Assembly (NCBI GenBank): GCA_030704615.1
Contig: CM060732.1
Location: 69,130,001 to 69,194,000 of the forward strand
Origin: Takakia lepidozioides
Taxonomy: Eukaryota > Plantae > Bryophyta
DNA: 64,000 nt
Direction: 5' to 3'
Within the stretch, counting starts at the first letter, position 1. Every line of letters begins with the position of its first letter. Positions 1-11,700 of this stretch are shown one piece after another. A program made the position numbers and the translations under genes. Below the pieces are notes generated by a model. It did no database searches. It saw only the letters and a program-made list of their open reading frames with translations, and was not told the origin of the DNA.

Positions 1-2034
1 CAAAATGAGAATGCTTCATCAGTGCCTCTCCCCAACAGCGGGAGGCGTCCAGAGCACTAGACGAGGGGGCTATCCCTTCGACTGAGGGGCTATTGCACCG
101 GAGCTGTGCGCCACACTTCCTCTTCCAGATTATAAGCCAGGAGCATTCTCTTATCCAAACCAGTTTGAAAAAAGAAATGACGAGAAGCCCTGTAAAATTA
201 ATAGGCCGACAAAATAACAGCCACTTAAGGCCACAAGTGCTTAACACCAGTGGCAGTAGATGAGCAGTAGCCGAGCTTCAACTAGGAACTCAGTAGCTGA
301 GCAACAGCAAATTCTATACTAAGAACACAAAAATCTAAGAGAAATGAAGAAGAGGAGAGGTGGGGGGGAGGCAAGAACATAGTGCCTTGCTACATTAGAC
401 CTAAAAAGAGAAGGGAATCTTTTCATACCAACCGACTACTCAGGTCCTACCTAAGCCAGCAAATAAATAGCCAAGACTAAGAAGATGTCAAACGCGGTCC
501 GGGCTAGGAATGTGATGATTGATGGGTCAGGCGGGATCTTGTTTACGACAGTAATGTTCACATTAGTGCTTGGGGGCTGAACATCACCGTGCACATGGTT
601 GACGATGGCTACCAGCATTAGACCCACCAATGGACAAATCACTCCACTACCAGGCAGTATACATGGACCAGAGCAGTTGAAAGGCTGCTGGCTTTTTGCT
701 GGGGCTGTACAATGTACATGCAATCCATTATCATTGCATTGTGCAGCAAGTACCGGGACCCAAAGGGAGGCAACGGCTTGATGTGATGGCAGGAGCTTGC
801 TGGTCTCGTATATGTGTGCAAAGTACCTACTATGGGAATTACACCCCTCCCCCCCTACTGGAGTCAGTTCCCTCGGGCCTCACCTCCCGTTTCACTGAGG
901 TTTTCCCTCACTTGTTGAGGCGCACTCACCCAAACCGTAGCTCGCCAAGACCTCAGAGTAAAACAGCAGCAGCTTATCCGCGAGAGCCGCCGTCCTCTCC
1001 AACCTCCTCAATCGAGCTTTCTCCAATTGAATCAATTGAATCTTTATATTCATCTCTGAGACCTCAGCAGCAGGGTCCTCAACCATCCTCTGCTCCAACC
1101 TCAATTGAGACTTCTCCAATTGAATCAATCGAATCTTCATCTCAGAGACCTGAGCAGCACTCTATTTCTCCTTCTTCAATTGAATGTATTGAATCTTCAT
1201 CTCTGAGAGATCAGCAGAAATGTCCTCAACCCTCTTGTCCACAGACTCGGATGGTACATCCTCGGAGCTGAACACCCTAGATGGCACCAATCTTCGCAAA
1301 CCCAAAGCATGAAAGCGCACTGAAATCTCGCGCATGGCCACCATCATCCTACAGTTGCTTACAAGTGTCAAATGGAAAGCAGAAGTGGTGATTGAACACA
1401 GACCCCTACTCTCACTCAAATTGCCGGCTGAACTGGGCTAAGTTCCTTGTCAAAGGTGAGGTGGTCTTATTGGGTGACTCCAATGCCCGGGGGCAAAGGT
1501 CTTCAATAGGATGATACCATTGGGCCTTTTGGTGAGGATGAGCTGAATTTCTAATGGCAGACGGTTAAATGAACTGTCCCAAAGAACTTCAGCTTTCGAC
1601 CTTGAATAATAGGTCAAAAGGAGACCTAGAGCAATGGACCGGTGAAAAAGCCCAAACTGAGGAAAGATAGTAGGATGCCAGACCACTTCTAGACTTAACC
1701 CTTAAGTTCCCAAGCCCTTTTTTGACTTTTTACCAATTTTGGGTACCCAGCTGCAGTAAATTGCCCCTAGAAACCTACCGAAAATCATCCAGAGATTCCA
1801 GCCTTATAGCAATGGGCCCAGCTCATTCATGCATGACATACCAAAAAAGGAGCCAAGTCCACCCTGGAAATTGTGAGATTATAGCGTTGGCTCAAATATC
1901 AGGTCCCAAAGAAAAAGTGAGAAAGAAATTGGTTTGACCAAATCAAAACCTAGCTTTATCCAATTTTGCTTGCCCCAAGACCCACCATTTCCAAATCAAT
2001 AGTGGAGTGGCTATGACCCCAATTTATTTTTAGT

Positions 2035-2943
2035 CCCTTAAGACCCATTTAGGCAACCTAAGGAGTTACAAAAGGGGGAAAATGGAAACATATAATTATT
2101 ATCTATAATTGCCCTTAGGACTCCTTAGGACTGCCCTAAGGAGTCCTAAGAAGGGAAAACAGAAATATATAAACTATTATTTATAGGACTCCTTAGGACT
2201 GCCCTAAGGAGTCCTAAGAGAAGGGAAAATAAAAATGTATGAATTATTATTTCTAATTACCCTTAGGGCTTCACAGGACAGTCCTAAGGAGTCCCAAGAT
2301 GAGAAAAATGGAAAGACATTTTCCTTAAGACCCGTTTAGGTAACCTAAAGGGTTATAAGAGGGGGAAAATAGAAACATATAAATTATTATCTATAATTGC
2401 CCTTAGGACTCCTTAGGGCCGCCCTAAGGAGAACTAAGAAGGGGAAAATTGAAAGATGTAAATTATTATCTATAATTGTCCTTACGTCTCCTTAGGGCTC
2501 TAAGAGGAGGAAAATAAAAATATATAAATTATTATTTATAATTGTCCTTAGGACTACTTTAGGCCACCCCTAGGAGTCCTAAGAGGGGGGAAAATAAAAA
2601 CATATAGGTTATTATTTATAATTACCCTTATAACTTCTTAGGACAGTCCTAAGGAGTCCTAAGAGGAGAAAAATGGAAAGACATAAATAATTGCCCTTAA
2701 GATCCGTTTCGGCAACCTAAGGGGTTATAAGAGGAGGAAAATAGAAACATATAAATTATTATCTATATTATCCTTAGGGTGCCCCTAAGGAGTCCTAAGA
2801 GTGGGAAAATAAAATGATATAAATCATTATTTATATTAGCCTCCTAAGAAGAGGGAAAATGGAAAGATGTATTTTATTATTTATAATTGCTGAATTTGAT
2901 TGCTCTTAGGACTCTTTAGGGCGGCCCTAAGGAGTCCTTAGGG

Positions 2944-2945
<2 letters not shown>
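2035..2945. repeat. Hairpin-forming tandem satellite (~70-85 bp units, about 12 copies)
   Basis: Units contain the inverted repeat cttaggactccttagg-N5-cctaaggagtcctaag followed by an A-rich gggaaaat..aaattattat spacer. Variant units starting ccttaagac/t recur at ~2035, 2322 and 2694. Confidence 0.9.

Positions 2946-2980
<35 letters not shown>
2946..2980. repeat. (TA)n microsatellite
   Basis: Direct reading; more TA runs at ~4488-4540. Confidence 0.95.
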
Positions 2981-2984
<4 letters not shown>

Positions 2985-3269
2985 TTGATCATTACATTTA
3001 AGAAACACATGTACTATTTATTGGTATGTACCGACAAAATTTGTAGGTGACACCATTTATTACAATTAAAACAAGATTTTGTCTTCGATAAACGTTCATA
3101 CAGCTATTTGTAATGCACCGACATCTATTTTTAAATAAACTTTCATGAGTTAGTACCTATTCAAAAAGTGTGTGGGATAAGGTTAATAAATAGCAACTTT
3201 TCATTCTGTCTTCATCCAATTATTTTATTTTTCATTCATTCTTTTTTTACCTCATTTTTTTCCCTATAA

Positions 3270-4290
3270 GTATAGAAAACGAGGATCGTTTTTTTCTATT
3301 TCTGCCCCAGGTTGTTTGCAGACAATGGAACTGTCTCTTAGTTTTGCTCTTTTACTTTTGTTTCTCTGTTTCTTCTTTGTTTCTATTGCTTGTTTATGTT
3401 TCTATGTTCTTTCGGTTATTTGGCAATGTTTTTTAGTTCTTCTCAGTAGTTTCATTTGTCTTTGTTCTTCAGTTTTGGTTCTCTGTTTATGTTTCTTTGA
3501 AACCTCTATAAGTATGCAGAACGAGGATCATTTCCTTCACTTTTTTCTGCAAGCAAACTTTTTGTATAGAATAGAACTGTTCTGCTCCTTTGCTTTTATT
3601 TGTGTTTCTTCTTTGCTTTTGTTGTTTGTTTATGTTTATTTGTTCCTTAGAACTGTCTCTTAGTTCTTCTCAATAGCCTTCATTTGTTTTTTTCTTTCAT
3701 TTTATGTTCTTTGTTTATGTTTCTTTCTAATCTCTTTTCTTTGTATTTATGTGTGAGTTGTTCAGCGGATTAGAACTTTCTATTCGTTCTCTCTCTTTCG
3801 TTTTGTTTTCTTTCCTCTTTGTTTGTGTTTCTTCCTTGCTTTTGTTGTTTGTTTATGTTGCTTTGTTTTTTCGGTTCTGTACAAATGCTGTCCCCTAATT
3901 CGAATCTGATAGCCTTCATTTGTTTTTCTCCTTTGCTTTCTGTTCTTTGTTTATGTTTCTTTCTGATCTCTATTCTTTGTATTTCTGTGTGAGTTGTACA
4001 GCAAAATAGAACTTTTCATCCATTCTTTATTTCTCATCGTTTGTCTTTCTTCTTTGCTTATGTTGTTGTTTTATGTTTCTTTGTTCTTTCGGTTTTGTGG
4101 CAAAATAGAATTGTCTCCTAATTCTTCTGAATAGCCTTCATTTGTTTTTTCTTTCACTTTCTGTCTTTGTTTACGTTTTCTTTTTATCTCTGTTCCTTGT
4201 ATTTCTGTGTGAGTTGCTCAGCAGAATAGAACTGTCCCTTCTTCATTTCTCTTCATTCTTTCTCTTTCGTTTCGTTTTGTTTTCTCTTCT
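3270..4290. repeat. Degenerate T-rich tandem repeat, ~220-240 bp unit, about 4 copies
   Basis: atagccttcatttgttttt recurs at ~3672, 3909 and 4131; gtattt(a/c)tgtgtgagttg recurs at ~3743, 3979 and 4199. Confidence 0.75.
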
Positions 4291-5511
4291 TCTAACATAT
4301 CGGACACACTATCAGATAACTATCAAAAACATTATCTTATATTTCCATGAAATCATCAAAATTCATTACACTATGATTGTGCCACTTGAATGTTATATCA
4401 TAATCTATAGTATATATGATATTCAAGCATGATATCAATATAGTATATACAGCTTAGAGATTATAAATATTTAACTATAATCAGAATTATATATATATAC
4501 ATATATATATAAACATAGTATAAATATATATATATATATAAACGAATATATATTATATTATATTAAGTAAATAAATTTAATAATAAATAGGATGTATTTT
4601 AAAATCTAGCTATAACCTAAAGACGTCAATACATAAATAAACTATCATTCTATCCATCAACCAGTCAATTATCATTTCATCCATTATCATAAATCAATCA
4701 TTATCAGTTACAATCATGTGTTATTTTTACTTACTACATAATTATTTATTCATATCATTTTATATCTTATCATTACATTTTCACATTTCAAATTTAAAAT
4801 CTTAATATTTTATATCATTTCTATAAATGAACATACTAAATATTTATTTAAGAGAACTAAAATTAAAATATATTTATTTATTGATGTATATTATGTATTA
4901 TAAGAATAAATATATTATCAATTTATATCATGCTTTCAATGTCAGATTCATCATTCCAATTTAAATATAATCAATCAAGTTATCTATCATATTACAACTC
5001 AAAAACTTCAAATATTTCAAATATACTATTTAGATTAACGAATTTATTTAATAAATAATAATTTAAAAATGGATATATATTTAATATAATATGTATTAAA
5101 TACCTAAAATATAATATAATGTATAATACTATATTATGTCATGTTTTCAACCTCAGATTTCATCATTTCAATAAATTCAAAATCCATTCAATCAAATTGT
5201 TTATCATATTACATTCCAAAACTCCAATTTATTTAACCTTTATGGTTAATCTTAAAGGCCTTTCGGCCATAATTTTGTATGCTATAATGGATAGCTATAA
5301 GGGTTCGAATCCCTATACAAAAATGAAGTTATTGTGAATACCAAAGCTGCGACAAGGAATGTCGCAAGGATGTCTTGGCGCGGGGTCAAAGGCTACGGTA
5401 AACCACGTCTTATGAGTACATTCTTTGCAGAGCATACCTGCCAGATTGAAGAAAAAAAATTATCTCAAGAAACCATTTAAAAAGTTGCTCTAACTCATGT
5501 GCATCAAAATC

Positions 5512-5863
5512 TTATAATTGTAGTTCATTGTCAAGATTGTGAGCTACAGCCGTAAGCACTGGCATTTGAACTCTATACTTCGGAGCCAATGCGATGACCA
5601 CACCTGCTATGGCAACACTCTCCCCTACTCGACTCATGGAGGACAAAATGTCTTCAAGTTTTTTACCTGACCCCTGTCTGACCCCCACAGATCCATTCCT
5701 TGACAGTCTCACAAAAAAAGTAAGCATAATGTCCCCAGATCGAGAAAGATTGAGAAAGGCTTGCTAGGGTTGTAGATTTTGCACCCATATTTTCTTCCAG
5801 CTATCTAATTTCTGAGTAGCCCTGACCAACAAGAGCCGCCATGCAATTGTTCCCAAGCTTCAT
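5512..5863 (-). pseudogene. GLY1: Fragment of plastid NAD(P)H-dependent glycerol-3-phosphate dehydrogenase (GLY1/SFD1-like), C-terminal part
   Basis: Translates MKLGNNCMAALVGQGYSEIR*LEENMGAKSTTLASLS..SGDIMLTFFVRLSRNGSVGVRQGSGKKLEDILSSM..AGVVIALAPKYRVQMPVLTAVA. This matches plant GPDH GNNxMAALVxQGCSEIRWLATKMGAK..GDIMLTCFVNLSRNRTVG. It has an in-frame stop and a 10-bp duplication frameshift. Confidence 0.85.
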
Positions 5864-6087
5864 TTTTCTTCTTGGTCATGGTTGACTGTTGAGGGGCATA
5901 TGGCACCCTTTGGGATTTAACTCTTTTTGTCCCCTTCAATAATTTAACTATTAACAATATATTTATTTGGCTACAAAAAAATGACATTTTGGCTAAAATA
6001 TATTAGGGTTTAGCCAGAACTTGTCGACGTTGCCTTCTATCTTGCTGAGAAAGAAAAACTTGGCACCAGCTGGCATCCTAACGATCC

Positions 6088-6290
6088 GTTGTGGATTATA
6101 TCATCGTGGACAAGAGGTTGTTTCCCCATAGGGCCAATGTGTTGATTGACAAAACTGATATTAGTACCTCCGACCACTTCCTAGTTTGGACTAAGATCAA
6201 AAGCTGTTTTCCCAACACCGAAAGATCTGTGAAATGTTGGATTCGGAAGTGGGGCATCCAAAATTTCCAAAATGAAGTTGGTAGTTGAGT
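6088..6290 (+). mobile_element. LINE APE-endonuclease remnant
   Basis: DYIIVD...STSDHFLVW corresponds to the C-terminal DY and SDH motifs of exonuclease/endonuclease/phosphatase domains in LINE ORF2. Confidence 0.55.
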
Positions 6291-6439
6291 TTCTCAAGTG
6301 CTAATTGCAGCTCCCTAATCTTTTTCTACTTTCACTAGAGTACCATTTCTACATTCACAATCCCTGATCTTGATCTATTCAGCATCGTTTCCGTGTGTCA
6401 CTTGTTCAGTGCCTGTCGTTTTCTTATGTTCGTTTATTC

Positions 6440-6620
6440 CAGTGTTGGACCGGTATATAGGTCTTGGGCGGGTATCAATTAGGGTAAGGGTAATGGTATA
6501 AAGGATCATACCAGGCGGGTACCTATAAGGGCAAAACCAATACCCTGATGGGGTAGGATACATGGACTTCTAAAACCCTGGCGCAAAACGTACCAGTCTG
6601 GTCTTCTTTTTTTCCTCACA
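6440..6620. mobile_element. Single end of a hAT-like element
   Basis: Starts cagtgttgga like the hAT TIRs at 25959 and 26665; ccggtatataggtcttgggcggg matches the reverse complement of ~26632-26656. No partner end found. Confidence 0.4.
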
Positions 6621-8745
6621 CTACTACTCCAATACCCTGCATGCGTCGGTTGAGGGACCGGATGTAGGTAGGGTTTAGGGTAGTTTTCATTAGGGATACT
6701 AACTACATAAAGCGTTTTCAAGAGGGCACTTCAATGAGGATGGAGGTGCAGATTTGAGGCAGATTTGACGAGATTGTGGCGCTGGGAGGCACTTTTGCAT
6801 GGCTGTGCCTTCATGTCTAGAAGTTTGGTAGGATTTTCAGTCGGATTTCCTCTTCTTAAATGTACATCTCGCTGCTGTTTTGCTTTGCTTTTTGTTGCTT
6901 TGAAGTCGTGCTAGCATTTGCAGCTGCATCAGATTCTTGAGGTTAAGGGTTGAGCACATTGTGTATGAGCTCTACAAGAGCAGATCTAAAGCATGGAAGA
7001 TGTTGACATTTCTTTTTCTGTGGAGTTTGCCTTCACAGATGCAGGTGACACTACTAGAGTCACAGTGGAATCGGGGCTGGAGACACAAGCCACAGCCAGT
7101 ATCGCGCACGAGCGTGAAGATGCTGGTGACGTGGATTCAAAAGGCGCTAGATGAGGTGCTAGCTGCTGAAGAACAAGCAATTTGGAGGGTGCGCCTTGCA
7201 AGCACGATGCCCACACCCAAGGTTCCCCTCATTTCTCTAGCCCTCCTCCAGTAACTCACCACCTCCACTAGGTGCTGCTCAAATGAAACACTCTACGTAA
7301 GCTAAGAGAGAGACCAGGTGGATCCTGACTCACTCGAGCATCAAGAGAAGATGTCGGAGAGAAGGAGAGAAGGGCATATATGTACACCCTGTGATGTGAA
7401 GGAAGGAGCCTCGGTGGTAGAGATCGTGTCTCGGAGGTTGAGACTAAGATCAAGCCTCCCTTAGGTGGCCTAGACCGGAGGATTTTGGGAAAACAAATTT
7501 TAATTTGTGCTCTAATATTTAATCGGTTTTGGTTTTGTTTTGTTTTTCTTAATATATATTCTAGATGATTGAGTCAGTCTTTCTAAAACAGCATCTTCTC
7601 CAATCCTACTTAAAACTAGAGGTGTGAAGAATCTTTTTCAGGTGATGAATCAAAGCAGAAATGGGTTTGGAGTATTGTGGGCTCTTGGTTGTCTGAATGA
7701 ATTTCTCATATCATGTTGCTGTTGGTGCATGTGAGTTCATGTTAGCTACATTTATATTGAGGCCTCATTTGAATATTTGGTTCACACTCAGATTGCAGAG
7801 AGGCAACACAGAGAATCATTAAAGTTACTACATGGAAGAATTCAGTGACCTTGGTGCCTTTGTGGATTCAATAGATTTCTTCTTTTTTCTTGCAGTTCAC
7901 ACACACACCCTGTTTGTGACTTGCTTGTACCACATGGCCTCTCTACATACTTTGGCATATGTTCAAACTTCAAACAATTTGTTTTGTCAGTCTTGGAAGG
8001 ATTTGTGTTGCTTGCATAGTCTGGAATGTCTTGAATAGCTCACCAAAAATCGCATTGATCTCGAGATATCTCTCAAAGTCATGCAAGTGGGTCGTATGGC
8101 CAAGTTCATGGCTTGGTGAGGACAGAACTTATTGCAGATTGTATCACCATTGGGATCTAATCTCAGTGTCTTCATGTCTAGTTCAGTGAAAGTGACTCAA
8201 GGTGCTTAAAAGAGGATCCCCAGGATCAAACAAGTAGAAACTCTAACTGTCTTCCCAGAATCTATTCATACTCAGCTTAAATTAACCTTTCCCCAATCGC
8301 ATCTTCAACCCACTTGGATGCTAGAGACTTAAGAAGCATACAATTGGTGAATAAAATAAATTTCGAAGTGCAACCAATTTTGGAGACAAGTTTCTACATA
8401 AAAAGTTGTTGTAAACACATGAGCTGGTAAGTTGGATTAGCATGGGGGGATAATCTGATTTTACAAAGACACTACTCTCCTCCATAGCATCAAGACTTTC
8501 AGCACCATTTCACTGGAAAATGACGGCAGAGGTAGTATGCCGCACAATAGTAGATGACAAGATCCTGCCCTATTGCCATGCAAGTTCAGCCTCGAAAGGT
8601 TTGATGGAAGAGTGTTCTCGCCTGAAAGGCTGGCTTCTTCATCTCTTAGGCTCAATAATATGGAGACACTGATGCTCCAGTAGTCCATCATACATAGCCT
8701 ACATCCAGAGACAAAGAGATTCCAAGAAGAGCACTTGGACAGCTC

Positions 8746-11700
8746 TTAAAAGTCAAGCCATCCACCGGTCCCACCATAAGGGGATGGCAAGTCAGAGTCA
8801 ACAACGGGAGGGAGAAGGGGAGATAAATCATCTGGAAAAAGGTCCTGTGGTGGCGGAGGAGGGTAGGATCCATTGGCCACTGGCCAAATTGGTGGTACAC
8901 TCAATACCTGAGTAACGTTAGTCATATTCTCGCCATGACAAGGCCTTGCTGCTAAGGGTGGTAAAGGCAATTGAAACGTATTCTCGGATACCCACTTATC
9001 CACGTCAAACACGAAAACAGGCTTTTGTCTTGGGACTGTATTCGGCAGCCTAGCGTCTTGTGGCAGGCCCCTAGCCAGCTTCCTTTCGTAATCCCTTCGG
9101 CACCAAATGTACAGGGGTGGAGGGATGGTGTTCTTCTGTGATAGCTCCTCATTGGTTGTTTCGTCCACGGAGCCTGGTAAGTAGAATGACTTCACAACAC
9201 AACACATCAAAATCAGTTTACAGTGAACATAAACAGGCAAACAATGAGCTATCTTAAGTCAAAGTGGCTAGCAGAACAATAGCAGCCACATGATATGTGT
9301 CAGATTGAGGGCTGGAGCAGCAGTGTGAGAGACAACATTTTGTTTCCTGTTTACTACCACTCTTGAACCCAATAACAAACACCCCTCAAAGAGAAGGGGA
9401 GGAAACTTACAGGGCCTTTGAGTAGAAGAGGGTCCTCCAAGATGAGTACATATCCCCACTCCTTCAACCTGCAAGTCACCAAACAGGGTCCTGAGGTAAA
9501 TTGCGACGGAGTTGAATGGGAGACTCCTATTAGCAAGGAACAGACAACAGACAGCCCGCAGATCCTCTGGCAGAATCCCCAAAAAATCCCACTGATAGTC
9601 CACCACATAGCCAGAGACTTCGGGCAATTCCCAGATGAAGTCTTCTTATAGCTTAAGGGTCTGGATTGTGAAACCACAGCAACTATGATTGTCTTTGGCA
9701 CACTATTATCAGATTATGCGTATTTGGTTGCCAGTGGCAACTCGGACTAAAGTTCTTCCAAATGACAGACCCATTGAAGACCACCATTTTACACGGTACT
9801 GATCTGAGGAAGTCACCATGCTGAAGGAATTAATTGCCTTCCAAATTGTTCATGGATACATCTACACCAAGACCAAGGAGGTACCTAGTTTGATCATGGG
9901 TTGTGGACTGTGTTATGTTGCTTGTTTTATTTCACGCTATCACATTGAGCAGCAAAAGATGCAGATGAGATTTCAGACTTATTCCAATGGGAAGCATTGG
10001 GTGTTACCTTCAGTTCCATCACATACATATCTGGGGGAAAGGCCGCCATCTGGCCCTCACATTACAACCCCCGGACGGAAATTCGGCACCGAATATACAA
10101 CAGGGGAAGCCCGGATGAAGTCGCCTCGGGCGCAGAGGCTGGCGCATGTGCGACAGAGAACATCCCTTGGATGGAGATTCGGCGCCGAATTTCCATCCGG
10201 GCCCCCCCAAAGGAAGTCGTGTCGGGGGGTCAGGCCGAAAACTGGCCGGCATAAAAACATCCCCAGATGGAAAAACGGCGCCGAATTTCCATCCGGGGTG
10301 GTTCGGATGCAATCGGGGAGGGGGGAGAGGCCGGCACCTGGCCGTCACATTTCAACCCCCGGACGGAAATTTGGCACCGAATATCCAACAGGGGACGCCC
10401 GGATGAAGTCGCCTCGGGCGTAGAGGCCGGCACGTGTTCGACAGAGAGCAATAGTCGACATATTGATTGATAGTCAACATGTCAATATGTCAATCATATG
10501 TCAACGATGATTGAATCCACTTGACTATCAGTATGGAACTCGCAACACAATAACACGCCCACAAGTTTCAGACACTTACGACATTGTTTCTGGAGGAACA
10601 ATCAAAACCACCAGTTTTGGCCTGAAATTCAATGCGTGTCTGATGAAGCGATTAGCCAGCGATCCATCAACTCCAAAAGGAGGGTTCAGGCCTATCACCT
10701 GCACACAACACCAAGTGCAAGTCCTTAAGCAGATACAGTTTGTGTCTACTACCTCCTAGCAGCAGGGTGGGGACAGTATCTATGTTGAGGCAGATAGATT
10801 GCCTCTCCTTGCGCTAGAACCACCTATGTAATTGTTGTATGAGGGAAAAGTAAATGGGGATTGAAGGCAGGTCTCCTTGTATTTTGTCTGGCTACCATGT
10901 TTGCACTGCAGAACTTGTAGGTGGAGATTGTGAATAGGCAGTGCCACCAGCAAGCAGGCCAATGCTTCTATGCCATAGATACTCTTATCAATTGCACTAG
11001 ACTAGGATGGCTGTTCCACTTGAATTCCCAAGTCAGCCATGTTACATGGTCACTTGTATCTTCCATTACAACTAAAGGTATCATTCTGTGCACCTACTCA
11101 AATACACTGCAAAAGAAGGTAACCCTTATCATAGCAGCACATCAAGGTGTTGATGCGCCCTCTATTTGGAATAACAATCCAACAGCACATTGTGAAGTAC
11201 CAGCTTCTCTTATGACTGATGAAAGACTATCCGATAAATGGGAAGAGGCAAATTGATAACTCACCAGCTGACTCCCACGAAGAAGGTCATCACTCGTAAC
11301 AGTAAACCAATCCTTATGCTCAAAGTTGAATTTGTGCTGAGCATATATCCAAACAAAAGAAATTGTTGGTGGAGGATTTTAAGCCCAATAAATGAGTCAG
11401 GTCTCCATGTCAAGAACAGCTTATACAGAGAAAACTTCTGCTACAGGAAGAAGACTAACACAATTTTAATTACTTACTTTTGGCGGGTGTATGTCAAAAT
11501 TTTTGAACTGGCATTTCTCCTTCCCTGTCCTGTTAAGAGCCTCATGCATTAATAAGGAAAAGTCATTCGAACCGCAGCACATATCCACCACCTGCACACA
11601 TAAAGTTATGCAAATGCTGACATAATGGTTTAGACTCATGGCCAACAGAGCTATAGCTAACAAAGAGGAAACCTGACACCAGAACCGAAAAGCCTGAGGG

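Noticed and set aside
696-1271. 191-aa Ser/Pro-rich plus-strand ORF
   Set aside because: No recognisable domain and a non-ATG start; it is probably the antisense reading of the local repeat.
2035-2945. CRISPR-like array
   Set aside because: The spacers are homologous to each other, the context is eukaryotic, and there are no cas genes.
3316-4432. Hydrophobic Phe/Leu-rich ORFs as membrane proteins
   Set aside because: They are translations of a T-rich degenerate repeat.
6937-7453. Gene-like plus-strand ORF
   Set aside because: No recognisable motif or consistent exon structure; left uncalled.
9818-10470. 201-aa and overlapping ORFs in several frames
   Set aside because: The frames are open because the GC-rich palindromic repeat lacks stops; the region lies in an EDM2 intron.
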